The notes: a model not told the origin generated them from the sequence alone. Shown: positions 1 through 9,053, counted from the first letter of the stretch. The stretch: 56,387 nucleotides of DNA from Bacteroidales bacterium (GCA_035389045.1 DAOORA010000023.1:1-56387), one strand, 5' to 3'. Translations and numbers: made by a program.

Positions 1-102
1 TGCAACTGTGTCCACTCCGTGTAACTCTGTGTAATACTAAAAAAAGTCACATTAAAAACTAATAATGTTCACAAAGTGCCCCAAAGAAGTATTATCATAT
101 TT

Positions 103-462
103 TTATTTGTTCAGCTTAAAAAAGATTTCGTTCATAGCCTGTACAAATTGATGTTTGGGCATAGCGCCCCTTTTCATCTGCGGCTCGCCATCAACAGGGC
201 AGAATAAAATGCTGGGTATGCTCTTTATGTCAAAAACCACTGAAAGCTCCTCCTCTGTTTCGGTATCCACTTTATATATTACAATTTTCCCGGCATATTC
301 TTCCGCCAATTCTTCCAGGACAGGCGCCACCATCCGGCATGGCCCGCACCAGTCGGCATAAAAATCGATGATACAAGGCAGGGTACCTTTATACTTCCAA
401 TCCTGCCCCGCGTCATAATCGAAAACTTTTTCCCTGAATGTTTCTTTTGTCAGATGTTCCAT
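103..462 (-). CDS. trxA: Thioredoxin (cytoplasmic)
   Basis: DFYADWCGPC active site, IYKVD and SIPSILF cis-Pro loop; 119 aa; no signal peptide. Confidence 0.93.
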   Translation of the reverse strand: MEHLTKETFREKVFDYDAGQDWKYKGTLPCIIDFYADWCGPCRMVAPVLEELAEEYAGKIVIYKVDTETEEELSVVFDIKSIPSILFCPVDGEPQMKRGAMPKHQFVQAMNEIFFKLNK

Positions 463-488
463 GATATTTATTTTTAGATTATAATTGC

Positions 489-1121
489 TCAGTTACTGAT
501 AGCCGGCGCTTTGCGAATGTACTTATTATCCTGAACCTGGTCAACAAAAAACCGGGCAAGGTCCTTCCTCGACACACCCAGGTTCAATTTATCTCGGCCA
601 TAATAACCAATATGTTGAATACCTTTTGCCGGCCCGTTAGTAAGTAATGCCAAGCGTATCATAGTCCATTCGAGGTCCGATTCTTTGATTATTGCGCCCA
701 TTTTTCTTATCTCGCAATATGCACCGGGGATAAGCCTTTTAACAATACCCACCAGCAACCTGAATTTAAATGACGGAAGATCATTCCCGTCTTCCACACT
801 GGCAGTACCCATGGCCACCAGCCGGCACACATGAAACTTTTTCATGCCAGTGATGATATTCCGGGTTCCATCGCTGAGTTCTGTAGTTTTCACATTGGTG
901 CTTGGCCCGAGTATGCTTACCACAGCATCGGTATCTTTAACCGCAGACTCAATAGCCTGAATGTCTTTCAATGTGCCTTTTATCACGGTCAGGTGCGGAT
1001 CGCTGAACACTATTTTCGAAGGATCTCTTGCATAAGCATTTACCTCATATCCCTTTGAAAGGGCATACTGCACTATGAGCTGCCCCGAAGGACCTGTAGA
1101 ACCGAAAACTGCTATTTTCAT
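489..1121 (-). CDS. NAD(P)H-binding oxidoreductase (atypical SDR / flavin reductase, BVR-B-like)
   Basis: N-terminal Rossmann motif KIAVFGSTGPSG, YARDPSK, LEWTMIR, VSRKDLA; ~210 aa is typical of the family. Confidence 0.85.
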   Translation of the reverse strand: MKIAVFGSTGPSGQLIVQYALSKGYEVNAYARDPSKIVFSDPHLTVIKGTLKDIQAIESAVKDTDAVVSILGPSTNVKTTELSDGTRNIITGMKKFHVCRLVAMGTASVEDGNDLPSFKFRLLVGIVKRLIPGAYCEIRKMGAIIKESDLEWTMIRLALLTNGPAKGIQHIGYYGRDKLNLGVSRKDLARFFVDQVQDNKYIRKAPAISN

Positions 1122-1179
1122 ATCCTCTTGGTTGATTGATTAATTCTTGTTTTCGCCAGGAATATTGGGATAAGTACAT

Positions 1180-1872
1180 TTATGGAGCTGGGAAATAGAT
1201 CGGATGTTTTTCATTATACTTAAGTAAAAAATGATGGATCATCTTGCGCTTTTGCTTTGTTTTCTGCAATTCCGCATAAAGTTCCTCATCATGGGTTTTT
1301 AAAAAATCGCTGAAGTCCCTGAAATTGAAATGAATGCTGTTGCCGGTTTCAAAATCCAGCAAATATTCTGTATAATCACCCGTGGAGCCCATATAGGCCA
1401 TTGGCTCGGTTGCGAAATACATATCATGCATGCTTGATCTGTTAAAGGCAATGTAATGAGACAAGGCGCCCACAATGAACATGCGGTAATAATATCCGGA
1501 AAAGCCCTGGCTTAGATACAACACGCCATTTTTGCAGAAAGCAAAACATTCATCAATTAGGCAGGTTCGCTTACTTCCGATGGAATCCGGGCAAGGGTAT
1601 TTCAATATGATGCTACCCTCCTCGCCATATATTCTATCTTTTACTACTTCAAATTCCGGGAGAGAAGGCTTGTTGTTTTTAAATTCATTAAAAGTCTGAT
1701 AAATCCCGTCTTTAAGCTTAAAATCGCGCGTATATTTTACATAAACAGAATCGTTTTGAGCATTAAGGGGGTTAGATAACAAAGTAAAAAAACAGAAAAT
1801 AGCGGCAAAAATCTTAATAAATAGAAGGTTAAAACAATTTGAACGACGAATGAGCCGGCAGACATAAGACAT
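1180..1872 (-). CDS. Hypothetical exported protein
   Basis: Long ORF with signal-peptide-like stretch ending LNA-Q. Start moved from 1899 to ATG 1872 because a TAATTTTG promoter box on the minus strand (1897-1904) overlaps the longer start; true start uncertain. Confidence 0.7.
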   Translation of the reverse strand: MSYVCRLIRRSNCFNLLFIKIFAAIFCFFTLLSNPLNAQNDSVYVKYTRDFKLKDGIYQTFNEFKNNKPSLPEFEVVKDRIYGEEGSIILKYPCPDSIGSKRTCLIDECFAFCKNGVLYLSQGFSGYYYRMFIVGALSHYIAFNRSSMHDMYFATEPMAYMGSTGDYTEYLLDFETGNSIHFNFRDFSDFLKTHDEELYAELQKTKQKRKMIHHFLLKYNEKHPIYFPAP

Positions 1873-2324
1873 GGAAACAGTATTTTTAATCATATACAAA
1901 ATTACGATAATTTATTTCTCCGGATTAATGCTATTCTATAATTAGGCAAAATCACCATGTTCGGCTTAGGCTCCAGCCTAAGTCGTCATTATTATCGCAG
2001 GCTCCAGTCTGCACTATTCAACCGTTTTCCATAAAAAGGCACCTGTTGAAACTTACTTTTTCTATGAAAATGTTATTGTTTGGTTACAGGCAGAGCCTGT
2101 TAATATATAACCGGCGAAGGTAGAACCTTCGCCGAACAGAAGTTCGGCTTAGGCTCCAGCCTAAGTCGTCATTATTATCGCAGGCTCCAGCCTGTACTAT
2201 TCAACTGTTTTCCATAAAAAGGCACCCTGTTGAAAATTTCTTTTTCTATGAAAAATGTTATTGTCTGGTTGCAGGCAGAGCCTGTTAATATAACCGGCAA
2301 AGGTAGAACCTTCGCCGAACTGCG

Positions 2325-3031
2325 GTTCGGCTTAGGCTCCAGCCTAAGTCGTAATTATTATCACAGGCTCCAGCCTGTATTATTTTACCGTTTCCCATAA
2401 AAAGGTTACTTTTTCTACATCAATAACAGCACTTAAATCAGCATAATTTCTTGCGCTTGAATAAAGGTAGTCTTCTGGTTTTTCAACTATACCAGCCCGT
2501 ACCGGATTATTGTGAATATAATTAATCTTTTGCTCTATAAACTTTTGGCTATAAACATGTTCCGGATGGTTCTTATGTGTCCATATTTGATTTGTTTGTT
2601 TTGGTTTGTTTTTACCATGGTATTCAAACACAAGTTTCATCCAGTCTTTTCTACTCTCGGATTTATCTTTAATAATTTCTAAAAATTCCTGACTGGTGAA
2701 ATTCTTAAAATCCCTGATAAATCCGCTCAGGTCGTTTTGTTCGCTTTGAGCCAACAAATGAATATGGTTTGACATAATTACATAGGCAAATAAATTCAGT
2801 CCTTTATGTTGTTGGCAGTACTTGAAACTTCCAATTACAACATCCCGATATGCCTTCCTGGTAAAAAGATCAACCCAGCCTACAATTTGAAATGTAAGAA
2901 AGTACGCACCTTGCTTTTCAATGATTTTATATCCTGTTGACATTTTCAATATTTTGAAAAACAAAGTTATTTATTTTTTACAGGCAGAGCCTGTTAATAT
3001 ATAACCGGCGAAGGTAGAACCTTCGCCGAAC
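2325..3031 (-). mobile_element. 707-bp putative autonomous HUH/Y1 element: RAYT-type transposase between two inverted double-hairpin ends
   Basis: Same left and right ends as the 179-bp units, with the whole transposase gene and its promoter between them. Confidence 0.75.
2380..2943 (-). CDS. REP-associated tyrosine transposase (RAYT, IS200/IS605 TnpA-like, Y1 HUH family)
   Basis: YFLTFQIVGWVDLF, HUH motif VIMSNHIHLL, catalytic Tyr in KINYIHNNPV..G, YLYSSA. ATG 2943 (MSTGY) preferred because TAACTTTG promoter lies at 2962-2969 on the minus strand. Confidence 0.92.
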   Translation of the reverse strand: MSTGYKIIEKQGAYFLTFQIVGWVDLFTRKAYRDVVIGSFKYCQQHKGLNLFAYVIMSNHIHLLAQSEQNDLSGFIRDFKNFTSQEFLEIIKDKSESRKDWMKLVFEYHGKNKPKQTNQIWTHKNHPEHVYSQKFIEQKINYIHNNPVRAGIVEKPEDYLYSSARNYADLSAVIDVEKVTFLWETVK

Positions 3032-3276
3032 TGCGGTTCGGCTTAGGCTCCAGCCTGTATTATTTAACCGTTTTCCATGAAAAGATTACCCTGCTGACAT
3101 TCTCTTTTTTCTTTAAAAAAAGTCATTGCGTGGTTACAGGCAGAGCCTGTTAATATAACCGGCGAAGGTAAAACCTTCGCCGAACAGCGGTTCTGCTTAG
3201 GCTCCAACCTAAGTCGTCATTATTATCACAGGCTCCAGCCTGTACTATTCAACCGTTTTCCATAAAAGATATCATT

Positions 3277-6117
3277 TTAATAGATACTCCGTGAAAAGCC
3301 GGATTTAAACCTCAATTGGTCAAAATTCACACTGTAAACAAATTCAGGCAGTATGGCTCCGTTATCAAAACGGTATGTGGCACGGATACCCATGCTCAGC
3401 GGGGCCAGAAAACGCAGAAAATGAAAATCAGCAAGTATGGCAAGACCTGCAGAACTTAAATCATAATTATGATTATTAACATCGGTGATATGTGCATAGT
3501 CATAATATGCCGAAGCCCTGAAACGTTTGATATAAAACAGGGAGCCGATACTCCAGTCGGGATAAAATAAGGGCATTTCGTAGGCACCTTTCACGACGAA
3601 GATTTTTTTTAATCCTGTGGCATCGTAACCGTGCGGTAAAGAAACGATATCGCCAAAAAGATATTCCCTGCCACATTTCTGCTGATATCCCCCGTAGATG
3701 TTCAAACTGTGGTGGCGGCCAATACCCGGAAAAAATAACAATCCCTGCAAAGCGGCTGTTTGGCCCAGCTGTGCTCCGCTGAACGGAGTATGCCTGTATG
3801 TAAACTCCAGCATTTGCCCCCACCTTGGATTGATATCCCTCAGCGAGGTCTTTAAAATGCTGTAACCATAAAAACGATATTCCATTGCCTGATAATATCC
3901 GGAAAACCGTTCTGCCGGATAATTTTTACCGGGCAGAAGTCCATAAAAATTGAAATTCACCTCCGGCTGAATAAAAATATGATATTTTCCCTTAGTGAGG
4001 TAAAAAGGCACATCAATACCACACTGTAAGGCCAATACATCCCAGGTTATGGTATCATCCTTAAAGAAATAATAAGCCGTCTGCAGGTTGATCCGCGGGT
4101 ACAAGCCCCGGTAACTTAACTTTGCATAGATATGCGACTGGGGTTTGTTCCACTCATGCTCGTAACCGGCGCTCAGGTACATGGTACTCAATAGATTCTG
4201 TGAAAGCAGTTCAACACCGGGTTTTACAGTCGTATTATCCGCATTGACAGAAATCGGTCCCCAACTGTGAAAATTAAAAAGGTTCAGAAATTTAGAATAC
4301 TTTTTCACAGGATATGTCATTTTTTCTTTTTCATAAAAATCAATTACCATGGTATCTGCAGCAGTCAGTGGCTGATTAAGCGAATCTGAATGGTTTCCGA
4401 CATCGGTTACCGGAATCCATAGTGAGGTATCAATGGCACATCGTACCGGCTTGAAACCGTCAGATGTATAATCGGAATACAGTAGCTCTTTCCCATCTTC
4501 AGATACAACAGGATCTGAAACGCCGAAGGCTGAAGAAGTCACCTTCCAGGTGCTTTTTGTATGGATATCAAGGGCAAAAATGTTATTTATTCCTGACTGT
4601 GCGGAAACAAAATACACCAGGTCTTTGTATAAAACCGGCTGTGCAATTTCTGCATATCCGGGCTCGGTCAGATCGGACGGTTTGCCGGTGCTGTCAAGCA
4701 AACAAATTCGTTTTCCGTAACGGTTCAATGCTATATATACAATTTTATTACCTGTTTCAGACCAACAGGGCGTCATCAAAAAATCAGCGGAATCTGCTTC
4801 ATAACGGTTCAGTATGTTACCATTTCCCGCATCCAGAACCACAATAGCAGAATGATTACCGATACTTTGCTCCACGCATACCACTTTTTCACCCCGTCTG
4901 TCCAAAGCAGGTGCAAAATACCTCGAACGATGCGTTAACCGGCGAATACGGTGACTATTGATATCATAAATTTTCAGGATAGAATATGTGCGGTTTTCCC
5001 ATCTGAGATCATAACTTATCTCTGCCCAGACCATTTTCCCTGAGCAAACACTGAATGCGGTATTCTGAAAAGAACCCGGAGTACACAGTTTACGTTCGCT
5101 GCCGTTGCTATCGAGACATACAAAGCGGGTAATATCATTCATTCCGGAACGGACACTAATGTATGAACCATTACCATGATACCCGGTGAAATTATAGCTG
5201 GTATATAGTTTGTTTTTAGGGGTCTTTACTTGGGTGAACTCTGTCAGTTTTATTTGCAATCGCTGTTCATTCCACAAGCATTGCAGGTTCTGAAAGCAAT
5301 ATTTATAAAGATTAACTTTATTCAATCCGCTCACATTTTTGATACCTGAATTGAAAGGCACCACCATAACAGGAAGTTTTCCCACCTTGTTCATAGCTCT
5401 TTCCCACACAGCCGCAGAAAAATACTTCCTGGCCGTTGCCACCAGCTGATAACCAAATTCATACCTGTTGGGAGTATAAGTTCTGTAAGAGCCAAAACAT
5501 GCTTTGTTGTAATTATAAATACCTTTTTCCAGGACCTGTGCACGCATCTTCATGGAGAACGATGGCAAACGTCCGCGTCCGCTGTTGCTGAAAGCGGTTT
5601 CGGCATATACCGCGTCTCCTTCCACAAACCACAGGGGAACAAACGTACCAATCACGCCGGCTGTGATCTGCTGCCCGAATATGTATGACAGTGCTTTGGT
5701 GAATCCATGATTGATCTTACTGTACTGAACCACATGCCTGAACTCATGCAGCATAAGCTGATCTGCCCATGGCTGCGCATAATCATCCTGCCCGGGACAC
5801 AAAAAAAATTCTATCCTTTTGGGAGCCCAGGGAACCTCTGCATTGGATATTACAGACCGGTTGTGCAGTACTACGGGAATTCTTTCCGGTTTTATCTTCA
5901 TGTCGGCGCTGAGCGGTTCATAAACCTGCTCAAAGCCATTGGCAATATGCTGTGCCTGTGACTCGATGCCGGCAGGAAAAATGATCTTGAAATGCCCGGT
6001 CTTAATCACATTCCATTTTACCGAAGCCGGATCCTGCCCAAGGTCATAAAACTGGGCATAGGCCTGAACTGACATTAATAATACACAGGAAAAAAGAAAA
6101 TATCTCAGGTTATTCAT
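3277..6117 (-). CDS. Outer-membrane protein: N-terminal HExxH metallopeptidase-like domain, TolB/PD40 beta-propeller, C-terminal Omp85-like beta-barrel
   Basis: Signal peptide (..AYA-Q), LHEFRH plus WFVEGDA gluzincin pattern, PD40-like repeats (DPVVSEDGKELLYS, TPCWSETGNKIVY), aromatic alternating C-terminus; likely start MNNLRY at 6117. Confidence 0.7.
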   Translation of the reverse strand: MNNLRYFLFSCVLLMSVQAYAQFYDLGQDPASVKWNVIKTGHFKIIFPAGIESQAQHIANGFEQVYEPLSADMKIKPERIPVVLHNRSVISNAEVPWAPKRIEFFLCPGQDDYAQPWADQLMLHEFRHVVQYSKINHGFTKALSYIFGQQITAGVIGTFVPLWFVEGDAVYAETAFSNSGRGRLPSFSMKMRAQVLEKGIYNYNKACFGSYRTYTPNRYEFGYQLVATARKYFSAAVWERAMNKVGKLPVMVVPFNSGIKNVSGLNKVNLYKYCFQNLQCLWNEQRLQIKLTEFTQVKTPKNKLYTSYNFTGYHGNGSYISVRSGMNDITRFVCLDSNGSERKLCTPGSFQNTAFSVCSGKMVWAEISYDLRWENRTYSILKIYDINSHRIRRLTHRSRYFAPALDRRGEKVVCVEQSIGNHSAIVVLDAGNGNILNRYEADSADFLMTPCWSETGNKIVYIALNRYGKRICLLDSTGKPSDLTEPGYAEIAQPVLYKDLVYFVSAQSGINNIFALDIHTKSTWKVTSSAFGVSDPVVSEDGKELLYSDYTSDGFKPVRCAIDTSLWIPVTDVGNHSDSLNQPLTAADTMVIDFYEKEKMTYPVKKYSKFLNLFNFHSWGPISVNADNTTVKPGVELLSQNLLSTMYLSAGYEHEWNKPQSHIYAKLSYRGLYPRINLQTAYYFFKDDTITWDVLALQCGIDVPFYLTKGKYHIFIQPEVNFNFYGLLPGKNYPAERFSGYYQAMEYRFYGYSILKTSLRDINPRWGQMLEFTYRHTPFSGAQLGQTAALQGLLFFPGIGRHHSLNIYGGYQQKCGREYLFGDIVSLPHGYDATGLKKIFVVKGAYEMPLFYPDWSIGSLFYIKRFRASAYYDYAHITDVNNHNYDLSSAGLAILADFHFLRFLAPLSMGIRATYRFDNGAILPEFVYSVNFDQLRFKSGFSRSIY

Positions 6118-6218
6118 TGCTCGTCTTATAGTCCAAAAATACAAAATCAAACAAATAATCTATCACAAAACTTTGAATGACTTTTTGAAATCCGTATTTT
6201 TGTTGAAAAATTCAGATC

Positions 6219-6578
6219 ATGAAATTCATCATCAAAGTATTGATCACGGCATGTGCTGTGATGCTTACAGCATGGCTCCTTGATCCGCATATTCACGTAG
6301 ACAACTTCCTGGCCGGTATCATTGTAGCGCTTGTGCTGGCTGTATTAAATGCCATCGTAAGGCCCATTTTGCTGTTTATCAGTATCCCCGCAACAATACT
6401 TACCCTGGGATTGTTTATTTTTGTTATCAATGCGATGATCATTTTACTTGCCGCCTACCTTATCGGATCAAAATTCCAGGTTGAAAACTTTTGGTGGGCA
6501 TTGCTTTTCAGCATTATTGTGTCATTGTTCAGCAGCATTCTTAACAGCGTGTTAAAAACAGATTCTCCGCAGCAATAG
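6219..6578 (+). CDS. 4-TM membrane protein, YvlD / phage holin superfamily IV-like
   Basis: LNAIVRPIL..ISIP.TILTLGLF.FVINA signature, FWWALLFS; TATTTTTG promoter at 6195-6202. Confidence 0.88.
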   Translation: MKFIIKVLITACAVMLTAWLLDPHIHVDNFLAGIIVALVLAVLNAIVRPILLFISIPATILTLGLFIFVINAMIILLAAYLIGSKFQVENFWWALLFSIIVSLFSSILNSVLKTDSPQQ

Positions 6579-6622
6579 CAGAACAACGCATGTTCATGGT
6601 ATAAAGTAATAATATATTCTTC

Positions 6623-7780
6623 ATGGATATTTCAGATATCATCAACCATCTTGGGGAAGAGCGCAGCAGGTATTATAACGCCGTGGCGCCGCCGGTGATA
6701 CGTACCAGCAATTTTTGTTTCGGCAGTGTTGAAGATATGCGGAATAACATCGACAAAGAATTTGAGGTACCCTTTTATACAAGAGGTTCCAATCCTACTG
6801 CAGGTATCCTGCGAAAAAAAATGGCTGCCCTGGAGAAGACGGAAGATGCCCTGATCACATCGAGCGGATGTGCTGCGATAAGCGTCGCTGTATTTGGAAA
6901 CCTTTCGGCAGGAGACCATGCGATCTGTGTGAAAAACTGTTACAGCTGGACTCATACCCTGTTCCACGATATCCTGGCACGGTTCGGCGTTAATGTAAGT
7001 ATCATTGATGGCACAAGGACTGAACATTTTAAAAATGCAATCATGCCGAACACCCGGCTGATCATGCTGGAAAGCCCGACATCATTCCTTATGGAATTGC
7101 AGGATCTCAAAGCGATAGCTGCCCTTGCAAAACAACATGAGATCACAACCATAATTGACAACAGTTATTCAACACCGCTTTTTCAGAATCCGGCTGAACT
7201 GGGCATTGACATTGTGGTTCATTCGGCTTCCAAATATCTGGGCGGCCACAGCGATCTGATAGCAGGTGTGATATGTTCGTCAGAAAAAATGATACGAAAA
7301 CTTTTTGCTCAGGAATATTTGTCTTTTGGCGGCATCATCACCCCTGACAATGCCTGGCTGGTTTTACGCGGTTTGCGGACGCTGCCCCTGCGCATGAAAC
7401 ATAGTCACGAATCAACAAAAAAAATCGTGGTTTACCTGGAAAATCACCCGAAAATTGACAAGGTATTATGGCCATTTGCGTCGGGTTCCCGTCAGTCTGC
7501 ACTTGCGCAGCAACAAATGAAGGGCGCTGGAGGATTGTTTTCGTTTACAATGAAAACAACAGATATCCATACTGTGGATGTCTTTTGCAACGCCCTGAAA
7601 CGTTTTCTGCTTGCCTGTTCCTGGGGCGGCTATGAATCCCTTGTTTTCCCGGGTTCAGTTTTATATAGTTCCTCAAACAACAACAAGGAAATACCGTTTA
7701 ACCTCATAAGGATGTACGTGGGACTTGAAGATGCAGAATTGCTTATTAAAGATATTGAACAAGCCCTGGACCGGATTTAA
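6623..7780 (+). CDS. PLP-dependent Cys/Met metabolism enzyme (cystathionine beta-lyase / gamma-synthase family)
   Basis: YTRGSNPT, SSGCAAI, LESPT, IIDNSY, HSASKYLGGHSD (PLP-lysine), SWGGYESL, IRMYVGLED. Confidence 0.92.
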   Translation: MDISDIINHLGEERSRYYNAVAPPVIRTSNFCFGSVEDMRNNIDKEFEVPFYTRGSNPTAGILRKKMAALEKTEDALITSSGCAAISVAVFGNLSAGDHAICVKNCYSWTHTLFHDILARFGVNVSIIDGTRTEHFKNAIMPNTRLIMLESPTSFLMELQDLKAIAALAKQHEITTIIDNSYSTPLFQNPAELGIDIVVHSASKYLGGHSDLIAGVICSSEKMIRKLFAQEYLSFGGIITPDNAWLVLRGLRTLPLRMKHSHESTKKIVVYLENHPKIDKVLWPFASGSRQSALAQQQMKGAGGLFSFTMKTTDIHTVDVFCNALKRFLLACSWGGYESLVFPGSVLYSSSNNNKEIPFNLIRMYVGLEDAELLIKDIEQALDRI

Positions 7781-7850
7781 TGTATTAATCCATGCTGCAT
7801 AACATCCTCTTGTGGCTCGACCTAAGCCCCCACCCTCGAGCTACGGCTGT

Positions 7851-8037
7851 GTTCGACTCAGGCTGGAGCCTAAGTCGTTATTATTTTCTCAGGCTCCAGC
7901 CTGTATTATTTAATCGTTTCCCATAAAAAGGCTGACCTGTTGGCCTTTTCATTTTTAGTTTTTAGCAAAAAATTATTGCTTTGTTACAGGCAAAGCCTGT
8001 TAGTATGGTTTCGACGAAGGTAGAACCTTCGCTGAAC
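7851..8037. repeat. Solo diverged copy of the RAYT-associated ~180-bp unit
   Basis: GTTCGACTCAGGCTGGAGCCTAAGTCG...CCCATAAAAAGG...TTACAGGCAAAGCCTGT...CGAAGGTAGAACCTTCGCTGAAC, colinear with the units at 1959-2320. Confidence 0.9.
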
Positions 8038-8156
8038 GGGAGATTCAATCAATGAAATAAGAGTTTCGTTTTACCGGAAATTTTACCTATTAATACCAAT
8101 GATTTTCAGTCATCGGATAACTATAAACTGCAAAAAGATTTTGAAATAGTTATTAA

Positions 8157-8315
8157 GAAATTGTTTTGATTTTATCTTTTCATATCTTTATGCGTCTTTT
8201 TTGCTGCAACTTCGTTAGATTTTTCGACATAGGATAAACTATGTCTGCAAAATCTGCCTCGTTTTGCTAAAAAATCCATCATAAATCTTATGTAACATAA
8301 AATCAAAACAGTTTC
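8157..8315. mobile_element. 159-bp palindromic MITE (IS5/IS1031-like ends)
   Basis: 19-bp terminal inverted repeat GAAA(T/C)TGTTTTGATTTTAT with one mismatch, TAA on both flanks as a candidate target duplication, central hairpin GACATAG-GATAAA-CTATGTC. Confidence 0.7.
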
Positions 8316-8372
8316 TAAGTCATAAGAAGGCTACTTCAAAAAATTTGTAACTTTGGCTGAAGCAAAAATTCC

Positions 8373-8681
8373 ATGCTTTTGAATATAATAAATTGGCTCG
8401 AAAGTCATACATTACCCTGCCTTTATCAGACCTTTTTCGGCATAGAATGTCCCGGCTGCGGCGCGCAGAGAGCCCTGATTGAACTGCTCAAAGGTAACCT
8501 TATGGAAAGTTTGAATGCATGGCCGGCATTGATACCCGTCCTGTTCATGTTGGTGTACCTGGTGTTTTTTGTAATTTTCAGGTTTAAAAATGGCCTGCAA
8601 ATCTTAAAAATTACTTTTGTAATTAATGTTTCCATTATTACTATTAATTACATTTATAAGCTAACTTTGCATTTATTATGA
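8373..8681 (+). CDS. DUF2752-like membrane protein
   Basis: PC....FGIECPGCGAQRA...LLKG signature; TAACTTTG promoter at 8348-8355. Confidence 0.88.
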   Translation: MLLNIINWLESHTLPCLYQTFFGIECPGCGAQRALIELLKGNLMESLNAWPALIPVLFMLVYLVFFVIFRFKNGLQILKITFVINVSIITINYIYKLTLHLL

Positions 8682-8708
8682 TACTGCTGTCATTTAAATA
8701 AATTAATT

Positions 8709-9050
8709 ATGGAAAATCAATCAGAATATCCCCGGCCTGCCTATGGACAGAAAATGATCCCTTATTCTGTCACTGCCATGGTTTTCGGCATTGTATCCAT
8801 CGCTGTAACATGCTGGTTCGGATGGGTTGCCGCAATAGTGGCTCTGGTGCTTTATAAAAAAGGCATGGCCATTTATTATGAAAACCCGACGGACTACAAG
8901 CGTTCATCCCTGGGAATGCTCCGTACCGCTAAAATTTGCGGCATAATCGGTTTGATCGTTTCTATTATTACTACCCTGGTGTATATCCTTTATATTTTGT
9001 TTATCATGGGCATGATTAATTATTCTTCTCACTTCAATTTTAATTACTGA
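8709..9050 (+). CDS. Small 2-3 TM membrane protein (DUF4190 / CCC-motif-like)
   Basis: AMVFGIVSI, Y..NP..Y, AKICGIIGL pattern; such genes commonly follow DUF2752 genes. Confidence 0.7.
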   Translation: MENQSEYPRPAYGQKMIPYSVTAMVFGIVSIAVTCWFGWVAAIVALVLYKKGMAIYYENPTDYKRSSLGMLRTAKICGIIGLIVSIITTLVYILYILFIMGMINYSSHFNFNY

Positions 9051-9053
9051 CCT

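Larger units (their letters stand above)
1959..3268. repeat. Head-to-tail array of REPIN/MITE-like units around the RAYT gene: 1959-2137, 2142-2320, 2325-3031 (carries the transposase), 3036-3185, 3190-~3268 (left half only)
   Basis: Complete units start GTTCGGCTTAGGCTCCAGCC and end AACCTTCGCCGAAC; four hairpins in the full consensus unit; units separated by 4-nt linkers AGAA/TGCG/TGCG/AGCG. Confidence 0.93.

Noticed and set aside
5..35. Short degenerate 10-bp repeats (ACTCCGTGTA ACTCTGTGTA) at the window start
   Set aside because: Only two clear copies are visible and the context is cut off, so no function can be assigned
1959..3268. CRISPR-like repeat-spacer array next to a nuclease
   Set aside because: The variable segments are homologous to each other and to the transposase gene ends, repeats are far longer than CRISPR repeats, and no cas genes are present
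6219..6578. Prophage, suggested by a holin-family gene
   Set aside because: This 4-TM family is commonly chromosomal and no other phage genes are nearby
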